This document shows, piece by piece, positions 58,268-64,000 of a DNA stretch of 64,000 bases (positions within the stretch are counted from its first letter, which is position 1; the number at the start of each line of letters is the position of its first letter). This stretch comes from an uncultured Acidobacteriota bacterium (lineage in GTDB: Bacteria > Acidobacteriota > Blastocatellia > RBC074). The notes under the pieces were generated by a model. It was not told the DNA's origin, did not search any database, and saw only the letters and a list, made by a program, of their open reading frames with translations. The stretch spans positions 928,001 through 992,000 of the forward strand of contig CAWCKY010000003.1 of NCBI GenBank assembly GCA_963796275.1, read 5' to 3'. Made by a program: the position numbers and the translations under genes.

Positions 58268-61200
58268 ATGGCAAAAACAAATACACGCTTTTCACCACAC
58301 ATCATCGCAGTATTGATAATAATCGTCATTTGCCTGACAACCAACGCTCTCAATTTCTCTTCGAATGCGCAGCAGATTTCACCACCGGCGGCCGCCCATC
58401 CGCTTAATGGCCTGCAATGGCGAAGCGTCGGGCCTTTTCGTGGCGGTCGCGTTACGGCTGTCGCTGGCGTCCCATCGCAGCCGATGGTCTATTACTTCGG
58501 CGCAACCGGCGGAGGCGTGTGGAAGACTACTGATGGAGGCGTCAATTGGGAGCCGATCTCGGACGGTCAATTAACCACCGGTTCGGTCGGAGCGATCGGC
58601 TTGAGCGAATCTGATCCGAACGTGATCTATGCCGGTATGGGTGAGGTGCCCATCCGGGGTAACGTCTCGCACGGCGACGGCGTTTACAAATCGACCGATG
58701 CCGGAAAGACGTGGAAGAGAATAGGCTTGGAAGAGACGCGACACATAGGCCGCGTTCGGGTGCACCCGAAAAATCCCGATCTGGTTTATGTCGCCGCCCT
58801 GGGACACATCTTCGGGCCGCACGAGCAACGTGGCGTATTTAGATCCAAGGATGGAGGTAAAAGCTGGGAGAAGATTCTCTATCGCAACAACAAGGCGGGA
58901 GCGATCGACCTCATTCTCGATCCGTCCAATCCTAATGTGGTCTATGCAGGTTTCTGGGAGGTTTTTCGGACGCCGTACAGTCTGGAGAGCGGAGGGGAAG
59001 GGGGCGGTCTCTTCAAATCGACCGATGGCGGCGACACTTGGAATGAGATCACGCGCAATCCCGGAATGCCCAAAGGGCTGGTGGGAAAGGTCGGAATAAC
59101 TGTTTCCGCCGCGAATCCGGATAGGGTGTGGGCGATCATCGAGGCCGAAGACGGCGGAGTATTCCGTTCGGACAACGGCGGCCAGACGTGGAGCAAGACA
59201 AACGAGCAGAGAAACTTGCGCCAGCGCGCGTGGTATTACACGCGCATATACGCAGACACGAAAAACGTCGATACCGTATACGTTCTCAACGTGAGTTTCT
59301 CCAAGTCCAATGACGGCGGGCGCACTTTCACTACGATCGGTGCACCTCACGGCGATCATCACGATCTTTGGATTGCGCCCGACGATTCGTCGCGGATGAT
59401 CAACGGCAATGACGGCGGCGCTAACGTCTCGTTCAATGGCGGCAGGACCTGGACGGAGCAGGACCAGCCTACCGCACAATTTTACCGGGTCGCTCTCGAC
59501 ACTGATTTCCCTTATCACATTTATGGCGCGCAGCAGGACAACTCGACAGTCAAGATCGCCAGTCGCTCGATGGGTGCCAGCATAGAGCGAACGGACTGGG
59601 AAGAGACGGCTGGCAGCGAATCGGGCTGGGTTACCCCACATCCCAAAGACTCGAATATCGTTTTCGGAGGCAACTACGGCGGCTATCTATCGCGTCTAGA
59701 TCATCGCACGGGACAGGAGCGCAATATCACTGTCTGGCCGGATAATCCCATGGGTTGGGGCGCTGAGGGGATGAAATATCGGTTCCAATGGAATTTTCCG
59801 ATAGTCTTCTCTCCTCACGATTCCAATACGCTCTATGTCGGCAGCAATCTGCTCTTTAAATCCACCAACGAAGGACAGAGCTGGCAAGCGATTAGCCCGG
59901 ATCTCACTCGTAACGACAAATCTAAACTCGGCCCCTCGGGCGGACCCATAACCAAAGACAACACGAGCGTCGAGTATTACTGCACGATCTTTACGCTGAT
60001 GGAGTCTCCCGTGCAGAAAGGCGTGATCTGGACCGGATCGGATGATGGATTGGTATACGTCACGCGCGATGGCGGCAAAAAATGGGAGAACGTCACGCCG
60101 AAGGAGATGCCCGAATGGATTCAGATCAATTCGATCGAAGCCTCGCCGCACGATGCCGGGACCACTTATTTCGCGGGGACGATGTATAAGTCCGACGATT
60201 TTCGACCGTATCTATATAAAACGAATGATTATGGTAAGACGTGGAAGAAGATCGTCAACGGCATTCCGGAGAGCGCGTTTACGCGTGTGATTCGCGAAGA
60301 CCCCAACCGCCGGGGTTTGCTGTATGCGGGAACCGAAACGGGGATATATGTTTCATTCAACGATGGCGAGAACTGGCAATCCTTGCAATTGAATCTGCCG
60401 GTCGTGCCGATAACAGACCTGGCTATTCATAAACGCGAGAAAGATCTGGTCGCCGCGACGCAAGGGCGCAGTTTCTGGGTGCTCGATGATTTAACCCTGT
60501 TGCATCAGTGGAAAGATACGATCGCCGTTTCGAATGTGCATCTGTTCAAGCCCGAAGATGCTTACCGCTCACCGAATCAAGGTATTTCATCGAGCGCAAG
60601 AATGACGGCCGGCGCGAATCCTCCGGGAGGCGCGGTAATCTGGTACCACTTTAAGGAAAAACCGACCGGAGAGGTTGTTCTCGAAATTCTGGATGGCGCG
60701 GGCAAGCAGGTGAAGAAATTCTCTAGCAAGGCGGAGGACTCTCCTGCCGCGGCCTCTACGGAGGACGGAGTTTCGGCAAGAGGCGGTGGCGCCGCTCGCA
60801 TCCCGATAGAGAAGGGATTGAATAGGTTCATCTGGGATTTGCGTTACCCCGACGCGAGCCGTTTCCCCGGCTTGATTCTGTGGTCCGGCAACACCAATGG
60901 GCCGCGCTCCGTGCCCGGGGTTTATCAGGTCAAACTCACGGCTGACGGTAAGACGATGACCGAGAGCTTTGAGTTGAAGAAGGACCCGCGCATTGCGACG
61001 ACCCCGGAAGATTTTAAGAAACAGTTTGACTTGTTGATAAAAATTCGCGATAAATTGACCGAGGTGCACAAAGCAATCAGCGAAATCCGTGATCTACGTA
61101 AACAGATTGATGATTACGCCACTCGCGCTACAGGGCAGCCGAATTCTCAACCAATCGTCGATGCATCAAAGTCGCTCAAAGCCAAACTAACCTCAATTGA

Positions 61201-61477
61201 AGAAGAGTTGTATCAAACAAAAAATCAAAGCAATCAGGACCCGCTCAATTATCCAATCAGGCTCAACAATAAGCTGGCAGCTCTTGCCGGCGTAGTGGGC
61301 AGCGCCGATGCCGCTCCGACCGATCAGTCTTACGCGGTTTACGAAGACCTGACCGGGCGTATTAACCAGCAGCTCGAGAAACTGAAACAGGTGATGGCGA
61401 GCGATGTTCCGGCTTTCAATAAATTGGCGAGGGACAAGGATGTGCCGGCGGTATTTATAAAACCATCTAAAGAGTAG
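58268..61477 (+). CDS. Secreted VPS10/BNR-repeat (sortilin-like) glycosyl hydrolase
   Basis: [11 protein letters not shown], repeated S.DGG.TW Asp-boxes, QDNS, helical C-terminus. Confidence 0.9.
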   Translation: MAKTNTRFSPHIIAVLIIIVICLTTNALNFSSNAQQISPPAAAHPLNGLQWRSVGPFRGGRVTAVAGVPSQPMVYYFGATGGGVWKTTDGGVNWEPISDGQLTTGSVGAIGLSESDPNVIYAGMGEVPIRGNVSHGDGVYKSTDAGKTWKRIGLEETRHIGRVRVHPKNPDLVYVAALGHIFGPHEQRGVFRSKDGGKSWEKILYRNNKAGAIDLILDPSNPNVVYAGFWEVFRTPYSLESGGEGGGLFKSTDGGDTWNEITRNPGMPKGLVGKVGITVSAANPDRVWAIIEAEDGGVFRSDNGGQTWSKTNEQRNLRQRAWYYTRIYADTKNVDTVYVLNVSFSKSNDGGRTFTTIGAPHGDHHDLWIAPDDSSRMINGNDGGANVSFNGGRTWTEQDQPTAQFYRVALDTDFPYHIYGAQQDNSTVKIASRSMGASIERTDWEETAGSESGWVTPHPKDSNIVFGGNYGGYLSRLDHRTGQERNITVWPDNPMGWGAEGMKYRFQWNFPIVFSPHDSNTLYVGSNLLFKSTNEGQSWQAISPDLTRNDKSKLGPSGGPITKDNTSVEYYCTIFTLMESPVQKGVIWTGSDDGLVYVTRDGGKKWENVTPKEMPEWIQINSIEASPHDAGTTYFAGTMYKSDDFRPYLYKTNDYGKTWKKIVNGIPESAFTRVIREDPNRRGLLYAGTETGIYVSFNDGENWQSLQLNLPVVPITDLAIHKREKDLVAATQGRSFWVLDDLTLLHQWKDTIAVSNVHLFKPEDAYRSPNQGISSSARMTAGANPPGGAVIWYHFKEKPTGEVVLEILDGAGKQVKKFSSKAEDSPAAASTEDGVSARGGGAARIPIEKGLNRFIWDLRYPDASRFPGLILWSGNTNGPRSVPGVYQVKLTADGKTMTESFELKKDPRIATTPEDFKKQFDLLIKIRDKLTEVHKAISEIRDLRKQIDDYATRATGQPNSQPIVDASKSLKAKLTSIEEELYQTKNQSNQDPLNYPIRLNNKLAALAGVVGSADAAPTDQSYAVYEDLTGRINQQLEKLKQVMASDVPAFNKLARDKDVPAVFIKPSKE

Positions 61478-61678
61478 TTCTCTGAAGAACGGCTAAATTT
61501 AAATGCTACTGGAATCAGGGTTTTCGGCTCTGGAACGCGGAGGCGCGGAATATTCTAGTACTCGATCAGCCAAATCTCATCGATATCCGAACAGCTGGCA
61601 TATCCGGGTTTTCTAGATTTTTAAAGATAACGACTATAATTAACGGATTCGTTAGCTATATTTCGGGGGGATATTTTT

Positions 61679-63106
61679 ATGGACAGGACTACTGAATCGC
61701 CGGTGGAAGACTTCACGCAACAAATGAAACGTGATTGGAATGAACGCGCGAAGGAAGACGCGAGATGGTTCATCAACAGCGTTAGGCATGGACAGACCGA
61801 AGGAGAGTTTGATGAGAGTGGCCGGAGGGATATCGAAGGATGGGTCAGAACGGAACTCCCGATACTCGTGGGTGATCGGGATCCTGCATCGATGCGCGCG
61901 CTCGAGATAGGTTGCGGCATCGGGAGGTTGACCAAGCATCTGGCTGCCATATTTGGAGAAGTATACGGCGCCGATGTTTCCTCAGAGATGATCCAGCAGG
62001 GCCGGGATCGTTTACGGTCTCACCCTAATATTCATCTGCGTGAGACGAGCGGGTCCGACTTCGCCGAATTCCCGGATGAGTACTTCGACTTCATCTTCTC
62101 TGCTTTAGTCTTTCAGCATGTGCCGACAAAGGAGATCATATTATCGAATATACGTGATGCCTACCGAGTGCTGAAACCAGGCTGTATCTTTAAATTCTTG
62201 GTAAGGAGCGTAACGAACGATGAGCTGATGCAGATACAAAAAGATACCTGGATCGGCGCTTCTATGTCAGAGAACGAAATCCGTGAGCTGGCTCGGGGTC
62301 TGGGGGCAAGATTGATCGGCTTGAATGGCGGCGGGACGCTCTACTGCTGGACGCTTCTCCGTAAACCTAGACTAGATGTGAAACCCGGACTGCGTAAGCC
62401 GCCAATACCTCCTTCGATCAACTATATCGGTCGGTCAGATAACATGCAGATAAAAGAAATACCTGCGCGCGGTGAGAAAGCGTGTGTCGGCCTAGTATCT
62501 ACCGGTCTGGAGAGAGACGAAGTCGATATAAACAATTTGATAATAAAACTGCGTGATAAAGAGATAAAGCCATGTTATGCCGGCTCGGCGGGGGATGCCT
62601 CTACTCCGGATGTACAAGTTAACTTTCGCATTCCGGAAGATGATCCGGGCGGTAATGCCAGTGTGCGGTTGCAAAAGATCGAAGGTGAGGCGTCGGAGGC
62701 GGTCACCATCAAAATATTACCACCCCAACCTGTGCCTCCGAAAATTCACTATATTACAAATGCTGTCGATGAGGGACTAGATATATTTACAAGCGGCCCT
62801 AAGTCGATAATTCGTGTATTGACCGAAGGGCTGAATAATCAATCGAACTCTGAGAATGTTCGTGTCAGGGTGGGCGGGAACATTCTCAAACCGGAATCGA
62901 TAATATTTTTGGCTGAAGGTGGAATCTGGCGAGTAACCGCGCATCTGCCGGAATCAACCGTATCCGGGGAGACCAGAGTACAGGTAATCTTTAACGGGAT
63001 TGAGTCGGATGTCGCGCCCCTGCAAGTCAAAGAAGCTGAACCGGCGACGGCGCCGAAAGAAGAACCGCAAACTCTGAGGTCGTTCCTTCGGAGCCTATTT
63101 AAATAG
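61679..63106 (+). CDS. Class I SAM methyltransferase fused to C-terminal beta-sandwich (IPT/TIG-like) domains
   Basis: LEIGCGIGR, ADVS, FDFIFSALVFQH; C-terminal QVNFRIP and WRVTAHLP units. Confidence 0.8.
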   Translation: MDRTTESPVEDFTQQMKRDWNERAKEDARWFINSVRHGQTEGEFDESGRRDIEGWVRTELPILVGDRDPASMRALEIGCGIGRLTKHLAAIFGEVYGADVSSEMIQQGRDRLRSHPNIHLRETSGSDFAEFPDEYFDFIFSALVFQHVPTKEIILSNIRDAYRVLKPGCIFKFLVRSVTNDELMQIQKDTWIGASMSENEIRELARGLGARLIGLNGGGTLYCWTLLRKPRLDVKPGLRKPPIPPSINYIGRSDNMQIKEIPARGEKACVGLVSTGLERDEVDINNLIIKLRDKEIKPCYAGSAGDASTPDVQVNFRIPEDDPGGNASVRLQKIEGEASEAVTIKILPPQPVPPKIHYITNAVDEGLDIFTSGPKSIIRVLTEGLNNQSNSENVRVRVGGNILKPESIIFLAEGGIWRVTAHLPESTVSGETRVQVIFNGIESDVAPLQVKEAEPATAPKEEPQTLRSFLRSLFK

Positions 63107-63534
63107 TCATCAAAATAGCGTTAGTCGCGGGTTCGCCACATTTTTTTATACCGCAATCTCCTCACCTTGCGGGACCCGAATTGGTAAACCCAAATTAGCC
63201 TCTCTGAATTTTGACAGGATTTTCAGGATATACCAATCGGTGTAAATCCTAGAAATCTTTGTAAAAAATCCTGATTTTCCGTTCTATACAGGAGCGACAT
63301 TAGCAATTGAGCGATTTTAAGAAATAGCCACTTTTCCCCCGCAATCCAATTAAAGGCAATGGTTTCTATATGAAACCGCCTTCGCATCTAAGGTTGTCGC
63401 TCCTAAGGTTCTCGTGATAAGGTTCTATGTTAACCCTGTCACTGGCTAAGGGTTTAAAATCGGGGAATTGGCATCAGCCCCATCGGCTCCTGGCTCGAGA
63501 TGTGGAATCGAACGCAAGGTCGGCATCAGTACTC

Positions 63535-64000
<466 letters not shown>

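Noticed and set aside
58571-59641. Long antisense ORFs (356 aa here; also 43219-44016 and 50270-50908)
   Set aside because: They lie opposite well-supported genes, as expected from codon bias in GC-rich DNA, and show no motifs

Overview
About 64 kb of bacterial chromosome. The 16S sequence, Oar-type TonB receptor, many Tat-exported sugar enzymes and VPS10/TPR proteins point to Acidobacteriota, probably Blastocatellia-like; this is pattern recognition, not a database hit. Housekeeping content: osmoprotectant ABC transporter, ligA with an orphan DNA methyltransferase, GNAT/OSBS-NSAR pair, ECF sigma/anti-sigma, a full rrn operon (16S, tRNA-Ile, tRNA-Ala, 23S, 5S), moaA, TPP riboswitch-thiC, tpx and clpS-clpA. 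The main accessory region is a ~16 kb LacI-controlled sugar-utilisation locus. It joins a 3-keto-glycoside module (GMC dehydrogenase + subunit 3, TonB receptor, DUF1080, Gfo/Idh/MocA) to an SIS deaminase/deglycase-like enzyme, two EamA proteins, a ROK kinase, a BHMT-like methyltransferase, an aldolase and a Tat-exported dehydratase. Strongest leads: (1) this locus as a possibly undescribed catabolic pathway for an N-/methyl-substituted glycoside; (2) a 404-bp TGT...ACA MITE with a 6-bp target duplication, carrying a GTAG-REP doublet and 8 tandem hairpins; (3) an rrn operon with an internal terminator-like hairpin and a second sigma70-like promoter before 23S; (4) one palindromic repeat family apparently reused as a signal peptide and as a riboswitch helix; (5) a candidate ~75-nt sRNA. 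No CRISPR array, prophage or intact transposase was found.
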